A DNA stretch of 64,000 bases, from assembly GCA_027923505.1 (NCBI GenBank), contig BROI01000002.1, forward strand, positions 1,736,001-1,800,000, in the 5' to 3' direction. Under the pieces are notes generated by a model. The model was given only the letters and a program-made list of their open reading frames with translations, was not told the DNA's origin and did not search any database. The translations under genes and the position numbers were made by a program. The stretch is from Mayamaea pseudoterrestris. Lineage: Eukaryota. This document shows, piece after piece, positions 1 to 11,870 of this stretch (the stretch's first letter is position 1; each line of letters begins with the position of its first letter).

Positions 1-469
1 AAAGGTTCGAAGCGACTCGCGGAGTGCCTTGTGCTCCTCGGTTGGATTCCAAAGGCTCGACAGCGATGCCGATGCATTGCGGATGCTGCTGCATCGTGGA
101 AGGGATCGAGTCAAGCCTCTGCATCTTGACAATGAATACGAAACGCGAGCTGCCATGGTCCTTTGATAGTGTTGTTTGCAGCGCCACTAGCAAGCCTTCT
201 TGTTCTGTGTTGTCAAGCGCGGAATCGCGATGTCATGGCGCAGCGTTTCGAAAGAACTTGACGCGCGACTCAAAATGTATCAATGCGTTGATGCGCGACT
301 AAAAAAGAACCCCTTGAAGTCCCGTTGCGTCGAGCCGTCGCCCGCGCCATTGGCGCGCGTAACCATTGCTTCGTACATACCGTACATTATTCTTCGACCA
401 AGGCAAGCGATTGCATTGACTTATACTATATAAAAACTTTGGCAACGCCCATACAATATACAAACTACA

Positions 470-754
470 ATGTCAGCAGCAGAACAAGCATTGACATGTA
501 CAACAGCTCCAGGCCACTTGTTTGCAAGTCGCATTGAACTCGCCAACCACTACAAGTCGGACTGGCACGCCTACAATCTCAAGCGTCGTCAGGTTGGCTT
601 GCAGCTACTCACGCATGTGGAGTTCATGGCGCGACTGCAGGCGGCGCAGGCGGCCCGGCGGGAGCAGGAACTGTCGAAGCAAACGCAACGAAAGAGTCAT
701 TTGAAGAATAAAACCGTGAAAAAGAATAAATGCAACAAGCAGCGGCTAGTGAAT

Positions 755-811
<57 letters not shown>

Positions 812-1921
812 GAGGAGGAGTCTTCGGCATCAAACAAAATGGAGGAGGAGGAGAGCAAGGACGAACAAACTACAGTAGCAGTCGACCAAGCCTCTGACCA
901 AGAACCAGCAGCGGAACCAATGAACGTTACCATTGACCCATGCCAGTCCTTATATGATTCCCACGTGTCACCCAGCATCCAGGAGAACGTGGACTACATG
1001 CGCCGCAAATACGACTGGTTCATTCCCGACGCGGAATACTTGCACGACTTGGAAGGCTTGCTGGGCTACTGCCACGAAAAAATCACGTTGGGTCGCATGT
1101 GTTTGCAGTGCCACCAAACCTTTTGTTCGTCGAACGCCTGTCGCATGCACATGATATCCAAGCAGCATACGCAGTTGGCGTATTTGGTGCAGGACGATCA
1201 GGAGGAGTTGGCAGTCTTTTACGACTTTGCGCCGGCGAATCAGGAATTCATGAGTGGAAGAATGACAAAGTTGAATGCAGCAAACGGCGGCAGTAACAAC
1301 ATTGACGAGGAAGACGATGATTGGGAGGATGTTTCGGACAATGAAGACATGAAGGAAGGCGACGACAATGAAAATATGCAAGACGACGACGACGACTTGT
1401 ACTCCGGATACGCCGACCACGTTGCAAAACTGGGTTTTTCCGTCACGGAACTCGGCGAGCTCGTCTTTCCCGACGGCCGCATCGTTGGACATCGCTCATT
1501 GAACAGATACTACAAGCAGCGCCCCAAGGTATCGCGCGACAGTCCGGCCGTCGTGGCGGCGCGGATCGCGGCCGGCGAGCGCCTGCATCAGGGACGCGTC
1601 TACAATATGAACACGGCGCTCGTCACGTATCGCAACGACACTTCATCCAGCGCTTTGAACGCACGCGCACTGGCCAAGCTTGGCGTTTCGTCCGGCATGG
1701 CGGCGGGTCGCGCCAGCAGGGGTATTTTGGTGCCGTCCCGTTTGGATGGAACCTTTTCGCAGCTTTCCGTCTATCGCTACCGCGCGGCAGTCTTGAAGCA
1801 ACGCCGCGGCCTTGAGAATGGGCAGCGACTCCATCAGCGAACCGCGATGAACATGAATCGCATGGGCAAGAAGGATAACAGACTCATGAATGGTGTGAGT
1901 GTGGCGCATGCCAAGCGATAA
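470..1921 (+). CDS. REI1: Cytoplasmic pre-60S maturation factor REI1/ZNF622-like C2H2 zinc-finger protein (483 aa)
   Basis: N-terminal HYKSDWHAYNLKRR finger, central YMRRKYDWFIPDAEYLHDLEGLLGY and CLQC...HMISKQH fingers, C-terminal GELVFPDGRIVGHRSLNRYYKQ; all typical of the family. Confidence 0.92.
758..808 (+). repeat. (CAG)17 microsatellite encoding polyQ inside REI1
   Basis: Uninterrupted CAG run followed by GAG repeats; Q17 in the translation. Confidence 0.95.
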
Positions 1922-2237
1922 ATGAATAATGATTGATTGATGGCTATCGAAAGCGTGCGAATCGTCGCTGCTAATGTCGCAATAGCTTGCCTGTTGTAGG
2001 TAATAATATTTATCGCAATACTATATGTTTATTAACATTGCGGTGACTTTACACTGGACGAAAGCAACTTACTTTGATTCGCTAGCTGTAGTAAGTATGA
2101 ATATGAAACGCGTGGAGCGCTGCCGTTGACAATCGTAGCGGTACTCAATTCTGTCACGCAATTGACGACCATCGATCAAATTTGGATCGCTCGTTTCATA
2201 TTTCGTCACAACCATTGTCTGTGCCTAGTATTGAACC

Positions 2238-3044
2238 ATGAAGATTTCCTCCACCTTTGTCTCACGCGCAGTTGGCCGCGTCGTTGCTCCAAGAGTAGTC
2301 TCGGCTCGCGTAGTCATTCCGCGCGCATCATCATCATGCTCGTCGCTTGCCTTTCGTCACGCCACAATTTCACCTGCCGCTTCATCAATTCGCTCCTTCT
2401 CCAGCAGCAGCAGTCCATCGGATGACTTGCTTGCATTACTGCAGCGCGAGTACGACGAGGAAGTCGAGCACAATTCCACCGCCATGCCCAAGGAACTAGC
2501 AAATCTACAGGCCGAACTGGAAGCAGCTGGCTGGAAGATTGTTGCAAACAGCGCCACCACCAAGCTCATGCGAACGCTGCCAAGCAACAATGCTAAAATT
2601 CAAGTCAGTTTTCATGTACAAGATACAGTCGTTGATGAAACTAGTTTCATGGAGGAACTCGAGGACCAGGACGAGGATCAAGACATTGAACCATCGGCGC
2701 GAGCGCGCTTCACCGTCGCTTTGACCAAGCCGGGAGGCAAGCACATGGTGTTCACCTGCATTGCGGAAGATGCGCAGGCGGCGATTGAAAGTGTCGCCAT
2801 TAGCAGCAGCGCCACAACGTCTGTCGATGATATTTTAAAGGCGGGGAGTGTGGACGATGAGCAATACCAGGGCCCAGAGTTTGGAGAACTTGCAGAAGAC
2901 TTGCAGGAGAGCTTTCAGGAATATTTGCAGGAGGAAGTTGGCATTAACGAAAGCGTTGCTTCATTCATTACCATGTATGCCGACTATCGCGAGCAGGCTG
3001 AGTATGTGGAGTTTTTAAAGGAGGCGCAGGAAGTGTTGAAGTAA
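2238..3044 (+). CDS. Mitochondrial acidic matrix glycoprotein, MAM33/p32 family (268 aa)
   Basis: Arg/Ser-rich mitochondrial presequence; LLALLQREYDEE; C-terminal YQGPEFGELAEDLQESFQEYL..GIN....F...Y..YREQAEYVEFL signature. Confidence 0.88.
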   Translation: MKISSTFVSRAVGRVVAPRVVSARVVIPRASSSCSSLAFRHATISPAASSIRSFSSSSSPSDDLLALLQREYDEEVEHNSTAMPKELANLQAELEAAGWKIVANSATTKLMRTLPSNNAKIQVSFHVQDTVVDETSFMEELEDQDEDQDIEPSARARFTVALTKPGGKHMVFTCIAEDAQAAIESVAISSSATTSVDDILKAGSVDDEQYQGPEFGELAEDLQESFQEYLQEEVGINESVASFITMYADYREQAEYVEFLKEAQEVLK

Positions 3045-3132
3045 ATTGATTATGCAATACAAAATAAAAACATTCATCGATTCTTGATATAATTTTATAA
3101 TAATATGCTTGTTATGCTCCTCGTTCAAGAAT

Positions 3133-6100
3133 TTAAAAGGAGATGGATCTAGCCTTCCAGCTCGTTGGCGATGACCCGTCCCCTCCGACAAGCCGCCCAC
3201 CGCGTCCAGCATACTTGACGGAACCTTTACGAATCAACTGATCCCGTTTCTTCTTTTGGTAATCCACCTTGACGGCACAACCACTCAAACTAATCACATT
3301 GTAGACGGCAGACTTGTAGACCTTGCCTCCCGATTCCGCCGGCACGGCGCGGTAGGCAAGCATGGCGTTGCCTCCCAGCGATGCCACGTGCGCTCGCGCA
3401 ATGGCGTTGCACTCGGTCACGAACCGGTGAAACTCGTTGGCTTCGAGTCCGCGCGACTCGCGGATAAAGTGCATGGAGACGCAGCCCAAGTACTCGGTTA
3501 TTAAACCGCCTGGTATGTAATGTAAATTAGTCAGCTCAACGGGGACTTCCTCCACATTCATTCCCCAAATGGCACCACTCGGTTGTGGCCGCAGACTCAT
3601 TGAAAAGACGGGGTCAAGGGAGGGCTGCGCCCTGAGTGGTGGTTCGGGTAGATTAAAGGGTACGACTGATCCCTCGCTACGGTGTCGCGCACGTGGGGAC
3701 TGCGCCGGGGATAGCCACAGCAGAGAGGTCAGTGGACTTGCATTTGAAACACCTCCGAGTTCGGGTGATGATTGTTTGCCGTCCGTTTCATGCTCGGGTA
3801 TGATTGCAATCGCGCGGTCAGTGCTGTCGGCGGTAAATTTGAGGTGAGCCTTCTTCATTGGGTCGCTCAGCTCGTCCACAATGACCGTCGACAAGTTGTG
3901 TCCAATCTTGGGCTCCGCGTGAAAGAGGGAGTCAATGCTGCACTCAATGTCGCGCCGCAGCGAACGCATTTCCGTCTCTTCCGATTTTAGTATCTGTATT
4001 TCCTTGTCTTTTTCACTATCATGATGTGACTCTGATTCGAGAATTGGAATGACATCGTCCAACGGACGCTCCAGTATGAGCTTTCCGTAAAATACAAGCT
4101 CGATCTCGTCATCCGGGGTAACATTTACCTGAGTGCGAGCGCCACAAATTACTGCCGGCTTAAACATGTCAATCTTGGCACAGAGCTGGGCAAAGAGCTC
4201 CTGAAACAAGCTTGAAAAAAGCAAGTTGCTTCTTGTCCCTCGAATATTAGGATTCCATTTCCACCGCAGCATTGCCATCACAAGCTGGCCGTTCATCAAA
4301 CATGAATCATAACCCACGAGCCCACCTTCAAAACCAGGCATGCGGCCAGTAGTGCACATGCGGATGCCTTCTGGAAGTTGCTTGTCAAGCAAGACACTCA
4401 AAAAGTCTTCGTCAGTCTCGTCGTCAATCTCCAACACGAATGGCGTCTTGTCGTCGCGATAGATTTTCTTTTTGCGTCGACGGACAGCCTTACCTTCCTT
4501 GGACACCAAGTCCTTTGACTTGAGGCTGTCATCCTTCATTATTTCGTCTTCCAGCTCATCCAGCTCGGACACAGCTGACACAATAGACTTGTTACCTTCT
4601 TGCTCACTTCCATCCGATGTATTTTCTGGTCCGGACCGGTACGTGTCGTGCAAATCCAAATCATCAAGGTCCGAATCATCGGCCACACTCGCAGCTCGCG
4701 AAGGTGAGCCAATCTGATCCACAACCGACTCTATTGTTTCCGGCAGTGGCACATCGCTCGCCTTCGTGTCTTCGTCGTCAAGCGTTGTATGAACAGTATC
4801 GGATTCGGAACTGCTTGAAGACGAACTGGATGACGACGAGTCGCTGTCTGATTCCATGCTGGAAATAGAGCCACCGTCTCCTTCTCTCGTGACATGCTGC
4901 CCAGCGTTATCATTGGTTATAACGCTGCCGTGCATGTTGAAATTGGTGCTACCAAGCGACGAACTGTACTCCGGTTCCTGCATCAAGTCTGCAAAATCAG
5001 TCGACGGATCGTCGTCAAGGCTTTTTTCCGTGATATCTGACTTTCGCTTGCTTAAGTTTCTGTTACTCATTGCTTCCTTCTTCATCCGCTGTGTGCGCGC
5101 AATCGCACGACGCGCCTGTGCCCTTTCAAGTTTCAGTGATTGCCGTTGCTTGACTCTACCACTGTGACGAATCTGTGCATCATGCAGCCACTGCCTGTTC
5201 TTAGTAGACACTATTTCTAGCCGCTTTTGAAGCTTGACTATCTGTTCGTCTTCTTCATCTTGAATGGCAATCGTTCGTGCAATGCGTAAGATGCGAGGAC
5301 TCGGCAAGGCGGTGCAATACACTGCCGTGCCCGTCGCAGTGGAAACAATAAGCTGGCGGCCTACATCAATCTCTGTCTTGAGGTGAAAGACTGCGTTCCG
5401 CCCCATGACTTTAAGCTTGAGCATGAGCTGACGCGTCAAGTCGTATTCCAGAAATGGAAGCGCCTCGCTTACGGCCAGTGCATCCGTTTCGCCCGTCGCC
5501 TTGGGCCGTGAGCGGCATACCCTTGCCTGAATAAATGTTCCTGGCCCACGCACAGGGAGTCGTCTGGGAGGCTCCGTGGTGGCAAATATACATTCTGGAA
5601 CCCACTTCTTGCCGCAAATTAAACACGGAACCAGCTTTAAATTCGAAAACGGAGCATGTCTATGCGAATACGGTACATGGACGGCAGAGCATGGCTTGGC
5701 GCGCCGGCGCCGAAATATTTGCGGGAAGTCCCCCTTTGGTGTCGACTTTGGACTTTTTGGAGTATCATCGACGAGCTCACTGTTGCTGTCATCGATGGCT
5801 CGCTGCGACCGTGCAGTATTGTTTCGTGCGGTGCTTCCCCGGCGTTCCGTTGCAACATCCGAATGGTCTGCCGCATCGCCAGACTCTCCATCGTTGGATC
5901 GATTGTTGTTATTGTGACTATACCGATCCATCCACCTTCGCTGCGGCGACGCCAAATCTGGCAGGCCTCGCACTGTCGCTGCCGTTCCTGTGATGGAAAG
6001 TACGGCCACATCATCATGAATCGTCGACGCCTCCTGGTAGGCAATCACGTGCGAGCAGCAGAGTACCTTGGCGTGCGAACGAATTTCGTCGCGGAGCTCG

Positions 6101-7437
6101 GACCACCAACTGTCGCGAGTCTCCTGATCCGACAACTTGGATGCCAAGTTCCCCAGGTACTTGACCGAGCGCGCCGTCACCAAGCCTCCGTATCGGACGC
6201 GGACCGAGGGATCAAAGTCGCTGAGTGTCAGTAGCTGAACTTCGTCATCGTCAGTGTTATCGCGGTGACGCGCTGCAACTTGAATGGCTCCGTCCGAAAG
6301 GAGGAAGCGCGAGGCCGCTCTATTATGACCCAGCGAAGTCGGTGTTTCCGCTTTACTGACGGGCGAATCTAGCAAATGACGATGATCCAAAGACGATCGC
6401 TTGGCCGGCGAATCCTGATTGCTAATGCCGCTCGCTTCCAAGTTGGAAACGTGACCCTTGGATCCACTGCCACCAACTCCACTACCGCCACTAGCAAGCG
6501 TGTCAAACATTGATCGCTTTCGCTCCAAGTACACACACGTTCCATATGTTCGCGCCACAATACCCGAGTCTCCTTCCACGTCAAAGTTTTGATGATATCC
6601 CAAGACTGCATTGCCGCCCATTTCAAGCACCGTCTTGCACATGCGGCGCCGCACGCTGGCATCCAGTAAATACAACAACGTTTGCCTCGTCTCATGACTG
6701 ACTCGAGCCCTCCGATAGTTTTCGCTCCATCGATACTCTGGATCATCCGCTACAACTAGTTCCTCGACGAAACCAAAAATATGCTTGACTGAAAATCCAG
6801 AAGCCTCGTCAATGGTTGAAAACGGCAGCAGCCGGACTCCGGCACTCGAGTCGCGGAAAGGATTCACGTCGCCAATGAAATTGAGTTTAATACTCAAATA
6901 TAATTCACCGCGAACTCCAGATAGTGTATCATACAATGGAAACCATCCATCAATACCTGGATCAGCGGAATGATTGTTGTAACTCATATCTGCTTGCGCA
7001 GTCAGTAGCGGATTCAAATCAATATAAACCAATCCAATGGTTTCATCCGCCATGGTGGACAGCGCCGAGTCACAGACTCTAAAAATAAGCGGCTCATCCT
7101 GCAGTATAGTATCATCGCTAACATCGAACCGAAAGTCTTCCAGCCACACTGGATGGAGCGAGCGACGAATGATCTTCGTCTTGGCCGTGTAGCCGGGCGC
7201 GTTGGAGACGCGGCGGACCATTTCCTGCTCCTCCGTCGAGGCCAAGCTACCGGAATGACCGCCAAGACTCATGACCACGTAGGGGTCGCGGCATTGTAAC
7301 GATGATGAACTTGATGGTGACAGTAGCGACAATGGAGTTGCATTGTTGGTGGCAGCAGCAGCCGGAGGATTGCGAATTCCTTCTGGCAATGGTAGATTGC
7401 GGGCGGCCTTGACACGGACTTTGACGGTGGATGGCAT
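3133..7437 (-). CDS. C2CD5: C2 domain-containing protein 5-like (N-terminal C2 domain plus repeated YbjQ-like modules); probable start ATG 7437
   Basis: VKVRVKAARNLP...LQDEPLIFRV...GWFPLYDTL.GVRGEL C2 domain; GFVEELVVADDPEY, VTARSVKYL, ETRDSWWSELRDEIRSHA, SEALPFLEYDL, RAHVASLGGNAML motifs. Confidence 0.85.
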   Translation of the reverse strand: MPSTVKVRVKAARNLPLPEGIRNPPAAAATNNATPLSLLSPSSSSSLQCRDPYVVMSLGGHSGSLASTEEQEMVRRVSNAPGYTAKTKIIRRSLHPVWLEDFRFDVSDDTILQDEPLIFRVCDSALSTMADETIGLVYIDLNPLLTAQADMSYNNHSADPGIDGWFPLYDTLSGVRGELYLSIKLNFIGDVNPFRDSSAGVRLLPFSTIDEASGFSVKHIFGFVEELVVADDPEYRWSENYRRARVSHETRQTLLYLLDASVRRRMCKTVLEMGGNAVLGYHQNFDVEGDSGIVARTYGTCVYLERKRSMFDTLASGGSGVGGSGSKGHVSNLEASGISNQDSPAKRSSLDHRHLLDSPVSKAETPTSLGHNRAASRFLLSDGAIQVAARHRDNTDDDEVQLLTLSDFDPSVRVRYGGLVTARSVKYLGNLASKLSDQETRDSWWSELRDEIRSHAKVLCCSHVIAYQEASTIHDDVAVLSITGTAATVRGLPDLASPQRRWMDRYSHNNNNRSNDGESGDAADHSDVATERRGSTARNNTARSQRAIDDSNSELVDDTPKSPKSTPKGDFPQIFRRRRAKPCSAVHVPYSHRHAPFSNLKLVPCLICGKKWVPECIFATTEPPRRLPVRGPGTFIQARVCRSRPKATGETDALAVSEALPFLEYDLTRQLMLKLKVMGRNAVFHLKTEIDVGRQLIVSTATGTAVYCTALPSPRILRIARTIAIQDEEDEQIVKLQKRLEIVSTKNRQWLHDAQIRHSGRVKQRQSLKLERAQARRAIARTQRMKKEAMSNRNLSKRKSDITEKSLDDDPSTDFADLMQEPEYSSSLGSTNFNMHGSVITNDNAGQHVTREGDGGSISSMESDSDSSSSSSSSSSSESDTVHTTLDDEDTKASDVPLPETIESVVDQIGSPSRAASVADDSDLDDLDLHDTYRSGPENTSDGSEQEGNKSIVSAVSELDELEDEIMKDDSLKSKDLVSKEGKAVRRRKKKIYRDDKTPFVLEIDDETDEDFLSVLLDKQLPEGIRMCTTGRMPGFEGGLVGYDSCLMNGQLVMAMLRWKWNPNIRGTRSNLLFSSLFQELFAQLCAKIDMFKPAVICGARTQVNVTPDDEIELVFYGKLILERPLDDVIPILESESHHDSEKDKEIQILKSEETEMRSLRRDIECSIDSLFHAEPKIGHNLSTVIVDELSDPMKKAHLKFTADSTDRAIAIIPEHETDGKQSSPELGGVSNASPLTSLLWLSPAQSPRARHRSEGSVVPFNLPEPPLRAQPSLDPVFSMSLRPQPSGAIWGMNVEEVPVELTNLHYIPGGLITEYLGCVSMHFIRESRGLEANEFHRFVTECNAIARAHVASLGGNAMLAYRAVPAESGGKVYKSAVYNVISLSGCAVKVDYQKKKRDQLIRKGSVKYAGRGGRLVGGDGSSPTSWKARSISF

Positions 7438-7802
7438 GTATTTTGAAAGCTGATTTGTGTAATGCAATTAAATATCGAAGATTGCTGGCTATGCCGCGAG
7501 GATAGACCCACCGGATGATGAATGAACAGGAAATCCCATGGTCTGCGATCTTGGTAATGTCGCAATGAGTACCGGAACGCCTTATTTCGCCGAACCTCGA
7601 AGAACGTGAGAACCGGATTCTATGTTGACGACGCCACTATGAAAGATAAAGTACACTTGCATCGACACGCATCATGACATTTTGCCATGAAGATTTGCAG
7701 CACAAGCCGCTTGATTCCTTCAACCAGAACAACAAGGATTTGCACTCATAGAGTCTGGAGACTGTCAAATAGCATCATACAAGTGTATAGTGTCTTGCAG
7801 TC

Positions 7803-9368
7803 ATGAAATCGCATTGTCAAATTCTCTGGAAAAGCGCTGCTTTGCTCTGCCTCGTCCGTTCATGTCAATCCTTTGCAGGCGTCGAGACTGCATCTTTATT
7901 CATTGCGAATCTTAGAGACACTCCATCCATATTTTCGAATGAAGGACATCCATGCAGAACCAAATGCATGTTTACTCTTTCCATGACTGCTACTTCGAAT
8001 AACAAGAGTAGCAGCCGGACGAAACGCCAGCAATCCAAACCATCTCGATCAGCTGCAGCAGCATCAAATGACATTAGTACTACAGCTCAAAACAATAACA
8101 ACAATGACTACATTCTCCAAGACGAGCATGGAAGCATTAATCGCGAACTCGCGGAGCAGTTTTACGTTTGGGAGCAAGCCAAGCGACGGCGCAACCACTT
8201 GGAGCCGTTGGATTTTAGCATGCGATCGGGACTGCGATGGGTGCAGGAGGCAGCCATGAAGGAAATAGCGGGCGCGACGAGCATTAGCAGTAATAGTAGA
8301 ATGCAACAAAAGAATCATCAGCAGCAGCAGCAGCAGCAGCAGCAATCATCGTCACTGTACTCTGACTTGGTGCAGGAAGGCTTGAGTGCATTGCTCCAAG
8401 CCATGTCAACTTACGACACAAGTCATGAACAAACATCCTGGGAGCACTACGCCAAGGCGCACATTCGTAAAGCAATGACCAAGTCGCTCGAGCAGGAGCA
8501 GCACTTGATTTGGATTCCGCAAGCCGTGCAAAGGGTGGTGCAGCAGGCCCGCATGGTGCACAAGGCGCTACTGCGAAAGCTAGAGTCGACGCAGAAACAA
8601 GACGAATCAACTAGCAAGCCGGTTGTTGTTACATTGGAAATGGTCGCCAAGCGCCTCAACATGAATGTCAACGAGCTTCAGGACTACTTGCAGTGGTACA
8701 GTCGGTACGCAAACACCAAGAGTCGGTCAGTGGTGTCGCTCGAAAGTACAGTTGAAATTTCGCATCCGACATTGGACGACTCGGATCCGCACTTTGTGGA
8801 TATAGACGACTGGGAATGGAAGCAAGGGTATCATCGAGATATACTACATGATGTCAATGGCAAATCACGGAGTGCCAAGTCTGGGAAACGCTCCAAAAGT
8901 GAGAATGACGATGAAAAGGATGATGCCATGGATATATTGGAATATCTGGACGACTATCGAGAGACAGAGGGAGACGATGATGCTTGGATACAGGAGCATG
9001 AGCAAGTTGCTGGGTTACTTCAGGACGTCATTCCCGATAAGGAAGAGCAAAACGATTCAGTGCTGGAAGGGTCCACCTCGTTGGACGATGATGTTTTGGC
9101 GGAAGTCATTCGAGAAAACCTTGGCTCTTTCCTTCAAACCAATCTTTCGCCAGACGAGCTAACGATTGTCCAAATGACCTTTGGATTGGAGGGACGACAG
9201 CCAGCATCGTTTCGGCAAATGGCGTCGGAGCTCAAGCTTCAAGACAAGGCGGACGCGGTGCAATTACTCGAACGAGCGCTGGACAAGTTGCGGACGGCCT
9301 TTCGACTACGATATTTGGAGCCCCAGGATGACTCGGACGATGACGACTTGTGGACGGAAAGTGTTTAA
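7803..9368 (+). CDS. Nucleus-encoded, probably plastid-targeted sigma-70-like factor (divergent, 521 aa)
   Basis: Signal peptide ending CQS-F; region 2-like SDLVQEGLSALLQAMSTYD...YAKAHIRKAM...IWIP; region 3-like TLEMVAKRLNM; region 4-like LSPDELTIVQMTFGL...ERALDKLR. Confidence 0.75.
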   Translation: MKSHCQILWKSAALLCLVRSCQSFAGVETASLFIANLRDTPSIFSNEGHPCRTKCMFTLSMTATSNNKSSSRTKRQQSKPSRSAAAASNDISTTAQNNNNNDYILQDEHGSINRELAEQFYVWEQAKRRRNHLEPLDFSMRSGLRWVQEAAMKEIAGATSISSNSRMQQKNHQQQQQQQQQSSSLYSDLVQEGLSALLQAMSTYDTSHEQTSWEHYAKAHIRKAMTKSLEQEQHLIWIPQAVQRVVQQARMVHKALLRKLESTQKQDESTSKPVVVTLEMVAKRLNMNVNELQDYLQWYSRYANTKSRSVVSLESTVEISHPTLDDSDPHFVDIDDWEWKQGYHRDILHDVNGKSRSAKSGKRSKSENDDEKDDAMDILEYLDDYRETEGDDDAWIQEHEQVAGLLQDVIPDKEEQNDSVLEGSTSLDDDVLAEVIRENLGSFLQTNLSPDELTIVQMTFGLEGRQPASFRQMASELKLQDKADAVQLLERALDKLRTAFRLRYLEPQDDSDDDDLWTESV

Positions 9369-9566
9369 TTTCACCATGTCGTTCGTTGAATATAGAAGCT
9401 TTATTTATATACATTCGCATTACGTTACGAATGTCGTTTGCATGATGTTGTAGTTTTCCAGATAAGTTACGACACATCAACCTCTGCCACTGCATCTACA
9501 CACACAATACAGGTAAAAAGTGGAGATACAGCCGCGATATAACTATACGAGACGTTATGTAATCAT

Positions 9567-11542
9567 TTACGAAGCAGGAGAGAATCCACTGGTAAACGAC
9601 TCCGCAATCTCGTGCATCTTCTTCTCAATGTCTTCCGACAAGACGTATCCTCCATCCACAATCGCCTTCAGCACGGAAGCATGAGCTCCCTTGACGTGAG
9701 CCAAGAAGGCATGCTCGAATTCCTGAATGTGTTCAACGTCAATGCGATCGCAGTATCCCTTGACACCGATAAAGAGTGAAGCGACAACCTCTTCTGGTTC
9801 ATATGGGTTGTACTGTCCTTGCTTGAGGAGCTCATAAAGACGAATACCTCTGTTCAGCTGTTGCTGAGTGGACGCATCCAAATCAGATCCAAACTTGGCA
9901 AAGGCAGCAACCTCACGGTATTGCGCAAGCTCAAGCTTCATCGTACCAGCAACCGCCTTGGTAGCCTTGTACTGAGCGGCGGAACCGACGCGACTGACCG
10001 ACAAACCGACAGAGATAGCTGGGCGCTGACCTTGGTAAAAGAGCTCAGACTCCAAAAAGATCTGTCCATCGGTAATGGAAATCACGTTGGTGGGAATGTA
10101 GGCCGACACATCACCAGCTTGCGTCTCAATCACAGGCAAGGCGGTCAAGGAACCTCCCCCCAAGTTGCGGTGCATCTTGGCGGCACGCTCGAGAAGACGG
10201 GAATGCAGATAAAAGACATCACCAGGGTAAGCCTCGCGACCAGGAGGACGACGGAGTAGGAGCGACATTTGACGGTAGGCCACGGCTTGCTTAGAGAGAT
10301 CATCGTAAAAGATCACAGCGTGCTTTCCATTGTCACGAAAGTACTCTCCCATGGCGGCACCAGTATAGGGGGCCAAGAATTGCAGAGGAGCAGAGTCCGA
10401 TGCTGTAGCGGCGACAATGATGGTATTTGCCATGGCGCCCTTTTCTTCGAGCTGACCGACAAGTTGGGCAATGGTGGATCGCTTCTGTCCAACACCAACG
10501 TAGATGCAAGCAAGTGGTTCCGCCTTGGTCTTTTGGTTGATAATGGTATCAATAGCAATAGCAGTCTTTCCCGTCTGACGATCACCAATGATCAACTCAC
10601 GCTGACCACGGCCAATGGGAATGAGGGCGTCGACAGCCTTCAATCCGGTAAGCATTGGCTCAGACACTGACTCGCGGGGGATGATGCCTGGTGCCTTGAC
10701 TTCAGCACGAGAGCGCTTGCACTTGTCCAAACTGGCACCTCCATCAATAGGCTGGCCAATGCCGTCAACGACGCGTCCCAAAAGCTCAGGACCCACGGGA
10801 ACATCCACAATCGCGCCCGTTCGCTTGACAGTGTCGCCTTCAAGGATGTCACGATCGTCGCCGAAAATGACCACACCCACATTGTCCTCCTCCAAGTTGA
10901 GTGCCATACCCCGAAGACCGCAGGAGAAGACAACCATCTCTCCGGCTTGGACCTTCAAGAGGCCGTAGACACGGGCGATACCATCTCCGACGGAAATGAC
11001 CGCACCAGTTTCGGCATACTTCTTTTCAGTGTCTTCACTGCCAGTCAAGTCGCCGATCTTCTGCTCCAAGTAGGTGGATAGTTCAAGCGTCTGACTAGCC
11101 ATGCCACGCTTGGCAATGGTAGGGGCGTGGCGAGCAGCCTATAGGTTAGAAGAAAGGAAGCGGTTAGCGAAAAGTCGGATTCCTAAGATTGCGGCTACAT
11201 CCGGTGGAATCTGGAATCTCGGTAAATCGTATCTTGGAACTGCCGAGCGCCGATGACCATGAACCTTTCATCGCGGGTCCTAGGCCTTCTTTCGGTGCAA
11301 AATACCATTTCAGCAAATCTTCTATACTATTAAATAATTCGTGACGCTCGCTCCGATTGTTTGCACTTCAAACAAGTGTTTGAAGCCATACTATTTGACC
11401 TCTTGGCTGCCGCAGCGGCATGAGGTTCAACTGGCTTCCTCGCTCGCAAATCTATTCCTTCCACAGCCTTTATAATACTCACCTGAGCCGCAGTCACCGC
11501 CGATAGTCGACGACCAGCCGTAACAAGCGCTTTGCGAAACAT
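9567..11542 (-). CDS. ATP1: Mitochondrial F1 ATP synthase alpha subunit; exons 11483-11542 and 9567-11138
   Basis: GDRQTGKT P-loop and [32 protein letters not shown] donor and CTAAC..TAG acceptor join the presequence [35 protein letters not shown] in frame. Confidence 0.97.
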
Positions 11543-11870
11543 GATCAAGTTGTTCAAGACCCAATATGAATTGGAATCAATCGACGGTGGGAGAAAGCCG
11601 CAATGGCGACTGTTGGATGCGGAGAAAGCAATAGATTCTTAGGGCTAAGGATACTTGTGACGCGTCATGGATTAACGCGTTGCGACGCAGTCTACGTAGC
11701 GTTTGGTACCGTAACAAAGTAGTTGTAGCCTGACCTGCATTTTGCTATATACCCTAAGACAACTGAGTAAATGGATGACTAACAAAACTAGTAACCCTAT
11801 TTCTGCATAACAATGCAGACACAAGAATATGTATGAAGTACAGAAGGCAAGAGCCCAGTCAAGTCGGCGA

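Noticed and set aside
624..978. Poly-Ala and poly-Cys antisense ORFs
   Set aside because: Alternative frames of the CAG tract in REI1
9567..11138. Mitochondrial DNA insertion (NUMT) or bacterial atpA
   Set aside because: Has a spliceosomal intron, a targeting presequence and nuclear-like codon usage
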